NCBI GenBank assembly: GCA_021799085.1
Contig: JAJZBD010000005.1
Location: 4,498 to 68,497 of the forward strand
Source of the DNA: Nanobdellota archaeon
GTDB taxonomy: Archaea; Nanobdellota; Nanobdellia; Parvarchaeales; Parvarchaeaceae
DNA: 64,000 nucleotides
Direction: 5' to 3'
Positions 38,909 to 49,501 of this stretch are shown in pieces. Each line of letters starts with the position of its first letter. The stretch's first letter is position 1. The translations under genes were made by a program, and so were the position numbers. The notes under the pieces are model-generated. The model made no database searches. It was given only the letters and a program-made list of their open reading frames with translations, and was not told the DNA's origin.

Positions 38909-40046
38909 AATATTAAATGCGAATTCTAACTTCACAGTTGAAGTAATGCTTACTACTGAGAAGGGCAAATTCCGCGGTTCATCTCCTGCAGGGGAAAGCA
39001 ACAGCAAATATGAAGTAAACCAGTTCAGCAAAGGTATAGATGACGAGATAAAAAACTTCAATGAATATCTGAAAAAGCTGGTTGGAAGAAAGGTAAATAC
39101 TTTAGAAGACATCTTTTCAATAGAAAAAGAAATCCCCCAAGAATTTATAGGCGGCCCGTCACTTTCGCTTTCTTATGCATTGATGTATGGTCTAAGTGCA
39201 GATCTGAACAAGGAACCGTATGAGCTTTTTGGCAGCAAAAACAAGGTTATGCCAGTATGTAAGATGATAGGCGGTGGAATGCACGCCTCCGGCTTGGGAA
39301 TGGATATACAGGAAATACTTGTGACAACAATCACTGATAGTAACTTAGAAAGTATAAACACAACTTTGAAGGTATACAAAAAAGTAAAAGAACTTCTAGA
39401 GAACAGAACAGACAGTTTTATAGGAGGAGTTGACCCAGAAGGAGGATTCATAAGCGAGTTGGACAATTATGAATCAATAAAAATAGTAAGAGAAGCGATA
39501 GAGAGCATAATAAAAGAAAGCGGCATGGACATAAGATTAGGATTAGACTTTGCCGCATCGACATTTTACAAAAACGGAAAATATGTGTATAAACGGCCAA
39601 TATACGGAAAGAAAGAGGTTGACAGAGGAGAACAAATAGATTTGACGAAAAAACTGGCGGATGAATTTGACATATTCTATGTGGAGGACCCTGTTGATGA
39701 GACGCTTGCAGAGGACTATGGAGAAGTAATGAAACAGCTTAGCGGTTCCATTATAGTGGGAGATGACCTTACTGCAACTACCCCAGAAAGGCTTGAAAAA
39801 GTGCATGAATATATAAATTCAACGCTTATAAAACCAAATCAAGTAGGGCTTATGTACAAGGTAAAGGAATACTCGGAACTTGCCGATAAATTCAAGATAG
39901 ACAAGGTAGTGTCACACAGATCAGAGGAAACCTCCATACCAGTAATAGCGGACTTAGCAACTGGCCTAAACGCAAAGTATTTAAAAGTTGGAATCAATAG
40001 AGGAGAAAGGATAGAGAAAATAAATAGGCTAATCGAATTGAATTAA
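38880..40046 (+). CDS. eno: enolase
   Basis: ALKILNANSNFTVEVML...GSSPAGES (N-terminal barrel) and SHRSEETSIPVIADLATG (SHRSGETED-like); conserved eno-rps2 pair. Confidence 0.8.
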   Translation: MEIKEIKALKILNANSNFTVEVMLTTEKGKFRGSSPAGESNSKYEVNQFSKGIDDEIKNFNEYLKKLVGRKVNTLEDIFSIEKEIPQEFIGGPSLSLSYALMYGLSADLNKEPYELFGSKNKVMPVCKMIGGGMHASGLGMDIQEILVTTITDSNLESINTTLKVYKKVKELLENRTDSFIGGVDPEGGFISELDNYESIKIVREAIESIIKESGMDIRLGLDFAASTFYKNGKYVYKRPIYGKKEVDRGEQIDLTKKLADEFDIFYVEDPVDETLAEDYGEVMKQLSGSIIVGDDLTATTPERLEKVHEYINSTLIKPNQVGLMYKVKEYSELADKFKIDKVVSHRSEETSIPVIADLATGLNAKYLKVGINRGERIEKINRLIELN

Positions 40047-40048
40047 AC

Positions 40049-40648
40049 ATGGTATTTAAAAAAATAGACAAATTAGAGGCGTATAAGACCTACGGAACTA
40101 GGATAGGAGCGAACGCCAATAACAAGGAGTTTGAAAGGTTCGTTTTCAAGAAAATCCCAAACAAGTTTACCATACTCAACATAAAATTAATAGACGAAAG
40201 AATAAAACTGGCTGCGAAATTCCTAAATGGCTACAAGAGAAAAAACATTCTGCTGGTGTCAACACTGGACAGTGCGTATTACTCTGTTTATAATTTTTCC
40301 AAGCTTATGGGAATAAGTGTAAATTTCGGAAGATACCTTGCCGGATCACTTACAAATATAAGCTATAAGAATTTCTTTGAACCCAAAGTCCTGTTGATAA
40401 CTGATCCTAAATCAAACAGAAGGGCGATAAATGACGCAAAGAAGATAAACATCCCTATAGTTGGAATAACGAACACAGATAACAGCACAGCATTTATTGA
40501 TTTGATAATACCTGGAAACAACAAAAGTGGAAATAGCATAGGGCTGATATTGTTCCTGCTTGCAATGAACATGGCCAAAAAAGAAGAAAAAGAAAAACTT
40601 GAAAAAGTAAGTCTTGAAGATTTCGTGTCAAAAGAGCTTGAATTTTAA
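40049..40648 (+). CDS. rps2: 30S ribosomal protein S2
   Basis: 199 aa; NILLVSTLDSAYYSV...ITDPKSNRRAINDAKKINIPIVGITNTDNS matches S2/SA family. Confidence 0.85.
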   Translation: MVFKKIDKLEAYKTYGTRIGANANNKEFERFVFKKIPNKFTILNIKLIDERIKLAAKFLNGYKRKNILLVSTLDSAYYSVYNFSKLMGISVNFGRYLAGSLTNISYKNFFEPKVLLITDPKSNRRAINDAKKINIPIVGITNTDNSTAFIDLIIPGNNKSGNSIGLILFLLAMNMAKKEEKEKLEKVSLEDFVSKELEF

Positions 40649-40715
40649 AATAATATGAATAGCAAAAAGTCAACTGAAAACATAAATATACTGTGCACGA
40701 ACTGGAGAAAAAACA

Positions 40716-41066
40716 ATGAAAGAAAAATGTGACTTCTACAAAAACGGAAAGCTTATAGCAAAGAACGTAAAATACTGCAGAACACTTTCAAGCAAGATTT
40801 TAGGTTTAATGTTTGTTTCGAGCCCTAAAGATGGTGCATTCCTGCCAGATGTGAAGGATATACACATGAACTTCGTAAGATTCGAATTAAGGGTTATATG
40901 GCTTGACAAGAACCTAAAGGTATTGCATCAAACTATCGCTAGGAAATGGCGGCTTTACAATGGGCCTGAAGATGCACAGCATGTTTTGGAGCTTCCTGTA
41001 GACAAAAAATATGAAATAAAGGTGGGAGACAAACTACAGATGAAAATATATGAAAAACAGAAATGA
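40716..41066 (+). CDS. DUF192-family protein
   Basis: 116 aa; ...ILGLMFVSSPKDGAF...IHMNFVRFELRVIWLDKN... resembles DUF192 (LMF...IHM.FM.F..D..FLD) signature. Confidence 0.55.
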   Translation: MKEKCDFYKNGKLIAKNVKYCRTLSSKILGLMFVSSPKDGAFLPDVKDIHMNFVRFELRVIWLDKNLKVLHQTIARKWRLYNGPEDAQHVLELPVDKKYEIKVGDKLQMKIYEKQK

Positions 41067-41964
41067 CACATTACTTATCAACAGAATAAATTCGACTTCC
41101 AAAAATGAAAAGATATTTGACTTCAGGTTTATATTTCCGGGAGGCGCAGCTATAAATCTTTTCGGTAATGCTATAAATGTAAAATTGGGTAATAACGAAA
41201 AAACTGGGCAGTATAATGTAGAACAGGCATTAAAAGACAGCATTATAAGATTTAAACCTGATTCGGTTCTTGTTTCGGGAGGGATAGACTCATCTGTTCT
41301 TGCGGCCATCGCTGTTAAAAAATTCGGTGATGTAAAGTTGATATCTGCAGGCACTGAAGGCAGTGAAGACCTTGATTATGCAAGCATTTTAAGCAGCGAA
41401 TTGAACAGCTATTTGTATAATGTAACAATAACTGAGGAGAATTTAATTCATGCCGTCAAGGAGCTTAAAGTACTTGGACTTGACACCTATAATGTAATTA
41501 TGGGGATAACTGAATTCTTAGCAGTTGAAAAGGCAAAGGAGATAGGAACACGAAGGATAATAAGTGGGATAGGCAGCGATGAACTGTTTTTCGGATTCCA
41601 AAGGCATAAAACAATCAAAAAAGAGGAGCTTGAAGAATTCAGAGAATGCAGACTTTTCTACATGCCAGCACTGGATTTATGGAGATTAAATTCAATTGCA
41701 GATACGTTAAATGTATCAATTGGATTCCCTTATCTTGATGACAAGGTTATAGAAGCGGCTCTTTCAAAAGATATAAAAGAGTTGGCTGAAAATTATGATA
41801 AATTTCCGGTTCGTTCGATCGGCAAATCGCTCGGACTAAGCGGAAAATTAACGGAAAGAAGAAAAAAAGCTATGCAGTATGGCAGTGGAACTGTCAAACT
41901 TCTTAGGGATCTTTCCAAAAAAAGGAAATATGAAAACGTAGGTGAGTTTATAAAAGAAATATGA
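41050..41964 (+). CDS. asparagine-synthase-domain PP-loop ATPase (no glutaminase domain)
   Basis: SVLVSGGIDSSVLAAIA PP-loop (SGGxDS); AsnB C-terminal-domain-like. Confidence 0.5.
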   Translation: MKNRNDTLLINRINSTSKNEKIFDFRFIFPGGAAINLFGNAINVKLGNNEKTGQYNVEQALKDSIIRFKPDSVLVSGGIDSSVLAAIAVKKFGDVKLISAGTEGSEDLDYASILSSELNSYLYNVTITEENLIHAVKELKVLGLDTYNVIMGITEFLAVEKAKEIGTRRIISGIGSDELFFGFQRHKTIKKEELEEFRECRLFYMPALDLWRLNSIADTLNVSIGFPYLDDKVIEAALSKDIKELAENYDKFPVRSIGKSLGLSGKLTERRKKAMQYGSGTVKLLRDLSKKRKYENVGEFIKEI

Positions 41965-43292
41965 TAAAGGTAAAAGCATTTGGAGGATATAGTAAAATAG
42001 GAAAAAGCATGACTGCAATAGAAGTTGACGGTGAAATAATATTGACCGACATGGGTGCAGACATAGAAAAACTGGTTAATTTTGAGGAGGACAAAAACGA
42101 CATAACTGTAAATGACCTTACAGCGCTTATAGACAATGGAGTTATCCCTGATGACAGGAGTTTCTTTCTAGAAGAAGGCAAAAAGGTAAAGGCAATCGTG
42201 CTTACGCACGGTCACTTAGACCATATCTGGGCAGTTCCTTTTCTGAGCCAAAAGTATAAATGCCCAATTATAGCAACGCCTTTTACAATAAAGGTAATAG
42301 AAAATCTGATGAAAAACTTCAAGGTCAGGTCGCTTAATCTCGTACAACTAAATACTGGTACAATGTACAAGATATCGGAGAACATAAAATTGGAGCTTGT
42401 GAATATAACGCATTCCATACCAAATAGTTCGATGATAGCACTGCACACCAAGTATGGAGTAATAGTATATGCGAATGACTGGAAATTCGACAATACGCCG
42501 ACGCTCGGAAAGAAGCCGGATTATGAAAGGTTAGAAGAACTTAGAAAGGAGGGGGTATTCATCCTAATATCCGATTCTACAAACGCAGAAGTTGACGGAT
42601 ACACTTTTTCAGAAAGCGTCGTAAAGATAATGCTTGAAGATGTAATCAAGAAAAGCCTGGACAACAAAACAATTTTCATATCGACATTTTCTTCTCATAT
42701 AGCAAGGATAAAGAACATTGTAGAAATAAGCAGGAAAATGAACAGAAACGTGATGATATTCGGCAGAAGCATGGACATGTACATAAAGGCCGCAATAAAC
42801 ACGGGTATAATAAACAAAGGGACTTTACCAGAAGTTACCGTAAGAAGAGAGCAGATAAACAGCGCACTTAAATATGTCGCAGAAAGGCCTGGAAAATACG
42901 TAATCATATGTACTGGCCACCAGGGAGAAAAAGGTGCATTCTTGGACAAGCTTGTAACCGGCCAGTACCAATATCACCTTTCAAACGAGGATGCCGTGAT
43001 ATTTTCTTCCAGAACAATACCCACACCGATAAATGAGGCAAACAAAGGAATGCTGAAAAGCGCACTTGAAAGCCTAAACGTTAATGTTGCCGATGACGTA
43101 CATGTATCCGGTCACGCGTCAAAGAACGACCACAAACTGCTTATAAAGATGCTAATGCCCAAGCATTTGATACCATCGCATGGTGGGATAGAAAAACTAA
43201 GCGCAAACATAGAGCTGGCAAGAGAGTTTGGATATGAGCTTAACAAGAATTCGCATATAATCCTTGACGGCCAGGAAATAACTTTCGAGTAA
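41961..43292 (+). CDS. beta-CASP ribonuclease, archaeal RNase J
   Basis: 443 aa; metallo-beta-lactamase VLTHGHLDH motif, beta-CASP length/architecture of aRNase J. Confidence 0.7.
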   Translation: MIKVKAFGGYSKIGKSMTAIEVDGEIILTDMGADIEKLVNFEEDKNDITVNDLTALIDNGVIPDDRSFFLEEGKKVKAIVLTHGHLDHIWAVPFLSQKYKCPIIATPFTIKVIENLMKNFKVRSLNLVQLNTGTMYKISENIKLELVNITHSIPNSSMIALHTKYGVIVYANDWKFDNTPTLGKKPDYERLEELRKEGVFILISDSTNAEVDGYTFSESVVKIMLEDVIKKSLDNKTIFISTFSSHIARIKNIVEISRKMNRNVMIFGRSMDMYIKAAINTGIINKGTLPEVTVRREQINSALKYVAERPGKYVIICTGHQGEKGAFLDKLVTGQYQYHLSNEDAVIFSSRTIPTPINEANKGMLKSALESLNVNVADDVHVSGHASKNDHKLLIKMLMPKHLIPSHGGIEKLSANIELAREFGYELNKNSHIILDGQEITFE

Positions 43293-43323
43293 AGGATAAA
43301 AACGAAAACAATCTTGTATTAGA

Positions 43324-45672
43324 ATGGCCGAAGACAGTAAGATATTTGAAGAAAATAAGAATTGGGACAGAAGACTGGAGAAAGAAGCAGAAGAAGAGGT
43401 AAATTCGCTTAAATGGAATTTTTCCCCATCCTCTGGAAAGAAAATATTTTCCATTGACACTCCTCCTCCTTATACCTCTGGAAGACCATGGCATCTGGGT
43501 GCAGCAGCACAGTACTCAAAGATAGACGCAATTGCAAGATCACAGAGAATGCTTGGAAAGGAAGTTCTGTTTCCGGTTGGAATGGACAGAAACGGAATAC
43601 CTGTTGAAAGGTACGCTGAAAAGAAATACGGCATAAGAATGAGAGACACTCCTCGGGAGAAGTTCATAGACCTGTGCAGGGAATCGCTTGATGAGCTAGA
43701 AAAAGAGATGTTTGATATTTTGAGGTCATTCGCATATTCAGCAGATTTTGACCATGTTTACAGAACCGACTCTGAAGAATACAGAAAACTTACACAAAGC
43801 ACTTTCATAGAGATGTGGAAAACGGGGAGGATAATAAGAGGCACACGTCCAAGCAATTACTGCATAGACTGCGGCACGACAATAGCCGATGCAGAGATAG
43901 AGTACAAGGAAATGGAGACTAACCTAGTATATTTCTATTTTAAGATAAAGGATTCAGATAAAAGAATACTGGTTGCAAGCACACGTCCCGAGCTTTTAGG
44001 AGCATGCTCTGCAATTCTTGTAAATCCCGAAGATGAAAGATTTAAAGACTTTGTTAATAAAACGGCTATTACTCCAATATACAACAGGGAAGTAAAGATA
44101 ATAGCGCACAGCTATGCAAAGGCCGAATTCGGCAGCGGCGCTGTTATGATATGCAGCTATGGTGATTACAATGACGTGATGATAATAAAGGAACTGCAGC
44201 TTCCAGAAAACATAATAATAGACACAAATGGAAGGATGAATGAGAACGCAGGAGATAAACTTAAAGGAATGAAAGTAAAAGAAGCAAGAAAAGAAATAAT
44301 CTCGATGCTTCAAGAAGCAGGCTGTGTAGAAAAGGTGGAGAATATACAACATAGGACGCCGATGTGTGAAAGAAGTAAAACGCCCATAGAAATAATCCCT
44401 CTTGACGAGTATTACCTTAAAGTCACTGACATAAAAAATAAATTAGAAGAACTTGCCAATGAGCTTACAATGATTCCCGAACAGCACAAGCAAATACTGA
44501 TAAACTGGCTTAAGGTCTCCACGGACTGGCCCATTTCCAGAAGAAGGTACTACGGGACAGAGATACCATTATGGTACTGCAAAAAATGCAACGAACCCTA
44601 CGTACCTGAAGAAGGCAGATATTACCAACCTTGGAAGGAGAACCCCCCAGAAGGAGCAGTATGCGCAAAATGCGGCGGAAAAGAATTCATAGGAGATGAC
44701 AGAACTTTTGACACATGGATGGATTCAAGTGTTTCCGCTTTGTATGTTACAAAATACTTATCAGACAGAGATTTCTATGAAAAAACATACCCGCTTAGCT
44801 TGAGGACGCAGGGAATCGACATAATAAGAACATGGCTTAATTACAGCATACTGCGCTGTTATCTTTTAACAGATAAGTTACCGTGGGAGAAGGCCTGGAT
44901 AGATGGCATGGGCCTAGATGAGCATGGAGAAAAGATGTCAAAATCAAAGGGCAATGGAATAGACCCCACAATCGTAATAGAAAAATACGGAGCTGACGCA
45001 TTTAGGTTCTGGGCTGCTTCGGAAGCACTGCCTGGAAGCAATTTCCTTTTCTCTGAGAGCAGGATGCAAGGAAGCGCTAAATTCTTGACAAAGCTGTGGA
45101 ATGTTGCAAGGCTTATAAACAAATTTGGAAATTCGGAGGATACCGGTGAGATACAGCTTAATGAAAGCGACAAGTGGATAATTGCTTATACGGAAAAACT
45201 GACAGAAGAATGCAGAAAAGGCTATGAAGAATTAAACCCCTTTATTCCTGCAAATAGAGTGAGGGAATTCGTGTGGAATGTGTTCGCGCCACATTATATA
45301 GAATTGGTAAAGGCAAGAGCGTACGGCGAAAACTTTTCCGAAAATGAGAGAAAATCTGCAATTTATGCTCTCAATTACGTTCTTAGAAGAATACTCCTAT
45401 TGATGTCCCCTATAACTCCCTTCATAACACAAACTCTGTGGAATACGCTTTACGGCGATGAATCCATACATTACCAAACAATACCGGAAGCAAAAGACCG
45501 TGATGACAAACTCCTCATCCTTGGGGATAAAATAATGGAATTTAATAGCAAGGTTTGGAACGCAAAAAAGGAGCAAAAGCTTTCTTTGAGGGACGCAATA
45601 AAAATCGAAATACCCCCGGATCTGAAACCATTTGAAAAGGATTTAAAGAGCATGCACAACATAATCAATTGA
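43324..45672 (+). CDS. valS: valyl-tRNA synthetase (class I) with degenerate HIGH motif
   Basis: 782 aa; FSIDTPPPYTSGRPWHLGAAAQY...RMLGKEVLFPVGMDRNGIPVE (ValRS N-terminus); KMSKSKGNGIDP; HIGH replaced by HLGA. Confidence 0.7.
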   Translation: MAEDSKIFEENKNWDRRLEKEAEEEVNSLKWNFSPSSGKKIFSIDTPPPYTSGRPWHLGAAAQYSKIDAIARSQRMLGKEVLFPVGMDRNGIPVERYAEKKYGIRMRDTPREKFIDLCRESLDELEKEMFDILRSFAYSADFDHVYRTDSEEYRKLTQSTFIEMWKTGRIIRGTRPSNYCIDCGTTIADAEIEYKEMETNLVYFYFKIKDSDKRILVASTRPELLGACSAILVNPEDERFKDFVNKTAITPIYNREVKIIAHSYAKAEFGSGAVMICSYGDYNDVMIIKELQLPENIIIDTNGRMNENAGDKLKGMKVKEARKEIISMLQEAGCVEKVENIQHRTPMCERSKTPIEIIPLDEYYLKVTDIKNKLEELANELTMIPEQHKQILINWLKVSTDWPISRRRYYGTEIPLWYCKKCNEPYVPEEGRYYQPWKENPPEGAVCAKCGGKEFIGDDRTFDTWMDSSVSALYVTKYLSDRDFYEKTYPLSLRTQGIDIIRTWLNYSILRCYLLTDKLPWEKAWIDGMGLDEHGEKMSKSKGNGIDPTIVIEKYGADAFRFWAASEALPGSNFLFSESRMQGSAKFLTKLWNVARLINKFGNSEDTGEIQLNESDKWIIAYTEKLTEECRKGYEELNPFIPANRVREFVWNVFAPHYIELVKARAYGENFSENERKSAIYALNYVLRRILLLMSPITPFITQTLWNTLYGDESIHYQTIPEAKDRDDKLLILGDKIMEFNSKVWNAKKEQKLSLRDAIKIEIPPDLKPFEKDLKSMHNIIN

Positions 45673-45876
45673 ATGGAAATAAAGTTAAATAACATAAATT
45701 TTGGAGAAAAACTCGTAAAAATCGACAATGACTCTGTGACAGAGCTGCTCGAAAAACTTTCACTTAATGATGATTCAGTAATACTTATAGGAAAAGACGG
45801 AAAAATATACACAAAAGACCAAAGAATAAGGGAAGGGGATGAAATAAACGTAGTAGAGGTGTTTTCGGGGGGATAA
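45673..45876 (+). CDS. ubiquitin-like sulfur-carrier protein (SAMP/TtuB/ThiS-MoaD family), C-terminal GG
   Basis: 67 aa ending ...VVEVFSGG*; stop overlaps ncsA ATG by 1 nt. Confidence 0.6.
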   Translation: MEIKLNNINFGEKLVKIDNDSVTELLEKLSLNDDSVILIGKDGKIYTKDQRIREGDEINVVEVFSGG

Positions 45877-46787
45877 TGGAATGCGAAATCTGCGGCTCAG
45901 AAGCAGTGATATCAACTAACAATGGCACGCTTTGCGCTGAGCACTTCAAGCAAAGATTTGAGGAAATAACTCTTTCTACAATCAAAAAATACAAGCTTAT
46001 TCAAAATGGAGAAAAAATAGCGGTAGCAAATTCCGGCGGAAAAGATTCCTTATCTCTTCTATACATACTTTCGAAATACTTCAAAAAATCAAATGAGATT
46101 GTTTCAATAACCATAGATGAGGGTATAAAAGGCTACAGAGACAAAACGATAGAAATAATGAAGGATTACTGCAACAGATACGGGGTAGAATACAGGATAT
46201 ACTCCTATAAGGATTTTGCGGGTAGGACCATGGATTCAATAACAAAAACAAGGGCAGGCATACCATGTTCTGCATGCGGAGTGCTTAGAAGGTATCTTAT
46301 AAACTACGCTGCCTCGGAAGTCCATGCAGACAAAGTTGCAACAGCCCATAACATGGACGATGAAGCGGAAAATGTAATAATGAATCTTGTACAGAATGAC
46401 ATTGAGAAGATGGTAAGACTTGGTGCTTACTCCGGGATTATAAAGGAAGAAGGGTTTGTTCCCAGAATAAAACCTTTCCTTTTTCTCAGTGAGAAAGAAA
46501 CGATGCTTTTTTCCATGTTAAATGGAATAAATGCCATTCATACTCCTTGTCCATATGCAGGAATGGGCTTTAGAGGCCTTATTTCCAGAAAAATAAAGGA
46601 GGTAGAAAGCGAATTCATAGGGTCAAAAAGGAATGTAATAGATGCAATGCTAGAGATAAAGAAAGCATATAATACAAAAACTGGCATAAAAATTAACAAG
46701 TGCAGGTACTGCGGTTTCCCCTCTGCAAACGACATTTGCGAGGCATGTAAGCTAAAGAAAGAGCTTGTAAAAAGCCCTACAATTTAA
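45876..46787 (+). CDS. ncsA: tRNA 2-thiouridine synthetase NcsA/TtuA (PP-loop, Zn-finger)
   Basis: SGGKDS PP-loop; N-terminal CEICGS..C and C-terminal CRYCG...CEAC zinc fingers; internal CSACG. Confidence 0.7.
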   Translation: MECEICGSEAVISTNNGTLCAEHFKQRFEEITLSTIKKYKLIQNGEKIAVANSGGKDSLSLLYILSKYFKKSNEIVSITIDEGIKGYRDKTIEIMKDYCNRYGVEYRIYSYKDFAGRTMDSITKTRAGIPCSACGVLRRYLINYAASEVHADKVATAHNMDDEAENVIMNLVQNDIEKMVRLGAYSGIIKEEGFVPRIKPFLFLSEKETMLFSMLNGINAIHTPCPYAGMGFRGLISRKIKEVESEFIGSKRNVIDAMLEIKKAYNTKTGIKINKCRYCGFPSANDICEACKLKKELVKSPTI

Positions 46788-46821
46788 AAGTTTAAATATA
46801 AAAAAGAGCAGTAAGCTTTAT

Positions 46822-48111
46822 ATGGAAAGCGATGATAGCCAAAACACAGCAAAAGACTATGAGTCTTATCTTACAGGAATTGATAAATTTAATAGCTCCA
46901 TAAGTACCTTGATTTCAGATTTATATAAAAAGATAGACATGCTGAACCAGCAGAATATAGCACTGGACAACAAAATAAGCAGAATTGACAATACAACCGA
47001 GCTTGAAGGCAGGATCTCCAAGATAAACTCTGATGTATCTTCCCTTTCAAACGCTGTAAACAGCGCAATATCTGCATTTAATTCTTCAATAGAAAAAATG
47101 AATGATGCTTACAATGACTCAGCGGCAAAAATAAACAAATTGAATGAATCCTTTAATTTTATACACTCTAACATGGAGGAGCTTTCCGATAACGTAAATA
47201 AGGCAATAGAAAACTTTAATGGTGTGGCAAAGGCCATAAACCTAAAAGATAAGGATTATAATGACAACATTAAAAGGATAGAAGAAGGTATAACAGCTAT
47301 TTCACGCCAATACGAAGTAGCAATGACAAACATGAAGGAAACGGCTTCAAACCTGTCGGCGGTAGACAATGAACTGCAGGAAAAGCTCGATAAACTGAAT
47401 GAAACGGTATACTCCTCCTTACCGAGCATAAATTCATTTTCTGACGACATAAATGAGCTTAAAAAATATAAGGTAGAATCAGAAAGCAAATTTGACAAAG
47501 TGATTAACACAGTAAACTCTCTAACAGTAGAAATAAACGGTCTTAATCTAAAGATGGAGACAGTAAGCAGTGAATTCGAGAATATACAGAAGGGAATAAA
47601 TGACACGCAAAACCACATTAATGACTTCATGAACAGTGCAAGATCGACTTTGTCCACAATAACCTCTTATAATCCTGCAGAACTTGTTATAGAGCTTAGA
47701 AAAACACAGGATAAAACAGAGGTTATGTCCGGAGAAATTGAAAAAATAATAGACACAAACAACAATCTTTCAAAATCAATTACTGAGCTTTCAAATAGGG
47801 TGAATTCACTTTCAGTAGTAAAGAATGCTTCAAAGCTGTTTGAAAACGTGGAAAACGTGTATAAAAACGTAGAGGACAGTGAAAATAGAGTCAATTCACA
47901 GACTTCTAAGATTGAAGTAATGTTCAACCAGATAAATTCTAACATGAATAAGTTCGTGGACTTAAGCACTAAGATAAATGATTTAAACAAAAGACTGTCG
48001 GAGATGGAAGGCACGGTCAACAAGATAAATAGTGGCCTTTCGCTTTTTGCAACCAAGGACGATGTAGTCGAACTACAAAACAAGCTATACTCACAAGATG
48101 CAAAGAAATAA
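46822..48111 (+). CDS. long coiled-coil protein (N/S/E/K-rich), function unknown
   Basis: 429 aa with continuous heptad-like pattern, no enzymatic motif. Confidence 0.4.
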   Translation: MESDDSQNTAKDYESYLTGIDKFNSSISTLISDLYKKIDMLNQQNIALDNKISRIDNTTELEGRISKINSDVSSLSNAVNSAISAFNSSIEKMNDAYNDSAAKINKLNESFNFIHSNMEELSDNVNKAIENFNGVAKAINLKDKDYNDNIKRIEEGITAISRQYEVAMTNMKETASNLSAVDNELQEKLDKLNETVYSSLPSINSFSDDINELKKYKVESESKFDKVINTVNSLTVEINGLNLKMETVSSEFENIQKGINDTQNHINDFMNSARSTLSTITSYNPAELVIELRKTQDKTEVMSGEIEKIIDTNNNLSKSITELSNRVNSLSVVKNASKLFENVENVYKNVEDSENRVNSQTSKIEVMFNQINSNMNKFVDLSTKINDLNKRLSEMEGTVNKINSGLSLFATKDDVVELQNKLYSQDAKK

Positions 48112-48117
48112 AGATTC

Positions 48118-48585
48118 ATGGACAATAAAGGAAATAAAAAATTAAGGGAAAGACTGTTCAGAGACCGGCCATTGAGCGGTATATCATTAAATGAATTTGA
48201 AAGGCCGACAAATGATTACAATACTAACTTAAGGAGATTCTGCATCTCATTGGGGCTTATAAGCCCCGGAGAAAGCAGGATAGCGATAGTATATCTGCTT
48301 GACATACTGCTTAAGGCAAGGAAAAAGAGGCCGGATGGTTTGGATAGCTATGAAATAATTAAGGAACTTTACAAGAGAAAAGTAAAGATAGTTTATGCAA
48401 ACATACTCAGAGATCTAAGAAAGCTAATAGCTGTAGGATTGGTTGAAAAAAGGAACAGCCTTTATAGAATAAAGGAAAACATGAAACTCAATGAAATAAT
48501 ATCTAGTTTTATAAAGCCGTACATAATAGATAGAATGCTGAGCAAAATAGAGGAATACGCTAAATCGATAGACAAAGCAGATTAA
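48118..48585 (+). CDS. hypothetical winged-helix-like protein
   Basis: 155 aa; basic/helical, possible wHTH around IAIVYLLDILLKARKKRPDGLDSYEI. Confidence 0.3.
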   Translation: MDNKGNKKLRERLFRDRPLSGISLNEFERPTNDYNTNLRRFCISLGLISPGESRIAIVYLLDILLKARKKRPDGLDSYEIIKELYKRKVKIVYANILRDLRKLIAVGLVEKRNSLYRIKENMKLNEIISSFIKPYIIDRMLSKIEEYAKSIDKAD

Positions 48586-48858
48586 TTAGTCTATTTCTGA
48601 CAAAAGCTTGAATATTTTCTTACCTTTCTGTGTAAGATTTATTATTTTCTTATGATTGCTTCCGTCAAAATATACTAGATCCATCTTTTTCATTACCTTT
48701 ATCAATCTTACTATGTAAGCATAGCTGCAGTCTATTTTCTTTGATATCATTGTAGCATAGACAGGCTGCCGGCTTTCATTTATGGCCTTCAGCAGAAGGA
48801 AAGGCTTATCATGAAGAAACAATTTGGCCACACTCTTTTTCGAATCATCTGAACCCAT
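48586..48858 (-). CDS. small wHTH transcriptional regulator (ArsR/TrmB-like)
   Basis: 90 aa; ...LLLKAINESRQPVYATMISKKIDCSYAYIVRLIKVMKKMDLVYF... Confidence 0.45.
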   Translation of the reverse strand: MGSDDSKKSVAKLFLHDKPFLLLKAINESRQPVYATMISKKIDCSYAYIVRLIKVMKKMDLVYFDGSNHKKIINLTQKGKKIFKLLSEID

Positions 48859-48882
48859 AACTACAAAACGATTGGTAAGTAT

Positions 48883-49440
48883 TTATAATTTTTTATAGGT
48901 TATAATCTTCAATCCTTTTGCAAAATCAATGCTTTCCTCCAGATCGCATACAAACTCAGTTGAGTACTCTATTTCAGTTATCTCCTTGAGAATTTTCCCT
49001 AAGCTTTCCTTTTTACTGTTCTCTTTGTAACTTCCTTTACTATTATTTACATTTAAAAACAGATTATTTGAGTTATCCAAGTTTATTTTGTATACGTTAG
49101 CTATATCGTCTAGGGTATTATCTAAAACATCCAAAATGCCTTCTTTAAGGTACGGCCTTACAAAATACTGCCTTAGCCCATTTTGCATTTTATTACCAAA
49201 TGAGAGCTTGTCGCATTCATAGATGTATTGTTTTAATGTTTCTGCTATTCCCTGCAGAGAATTCTCAAGGCTGTATTTCCTGCTATTTAATCCTGTCTTT
49301 TCCAGACTTTTGTAATTAAAATCCGAACCGTCTACAACTGCATGCATGTAGGCAAGGCCCTCCTTCCTGCTTTCAAGAAGAAGCTTGAGAATCTCTGATG
49401 CCTCCCACCTCAATTCTATTTTCTCATCAAGGTTTTCCAT
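48883..49440 (-). CDS. hypothetical protein
   Basis: 185 aa, no recognisable motif. Confidence 0.3.
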   Translation of the reverse strand: MENLDEKIELRWEASEILKLLLESRKEGLAYMHAVVDGSDFNYKSLEKTGLNSRKYSLENSLQGIAETLKQYIYECDKLSFGNKMQNGLRQYFVRPYLKEGILDVLDNTLDDIANVYKINLDNSNNLFLNVNNSKGSYKENSKKESLGKILKEITEIEYSTEFVCDLEESIDFAKGLKIITYKKL

Positions 49441-49501
49441 ATCTTAATATTCAGAATTAGCATAATATAAAAACATTAGGTTCATCTGCAAAGAAGTAAA
49501 A

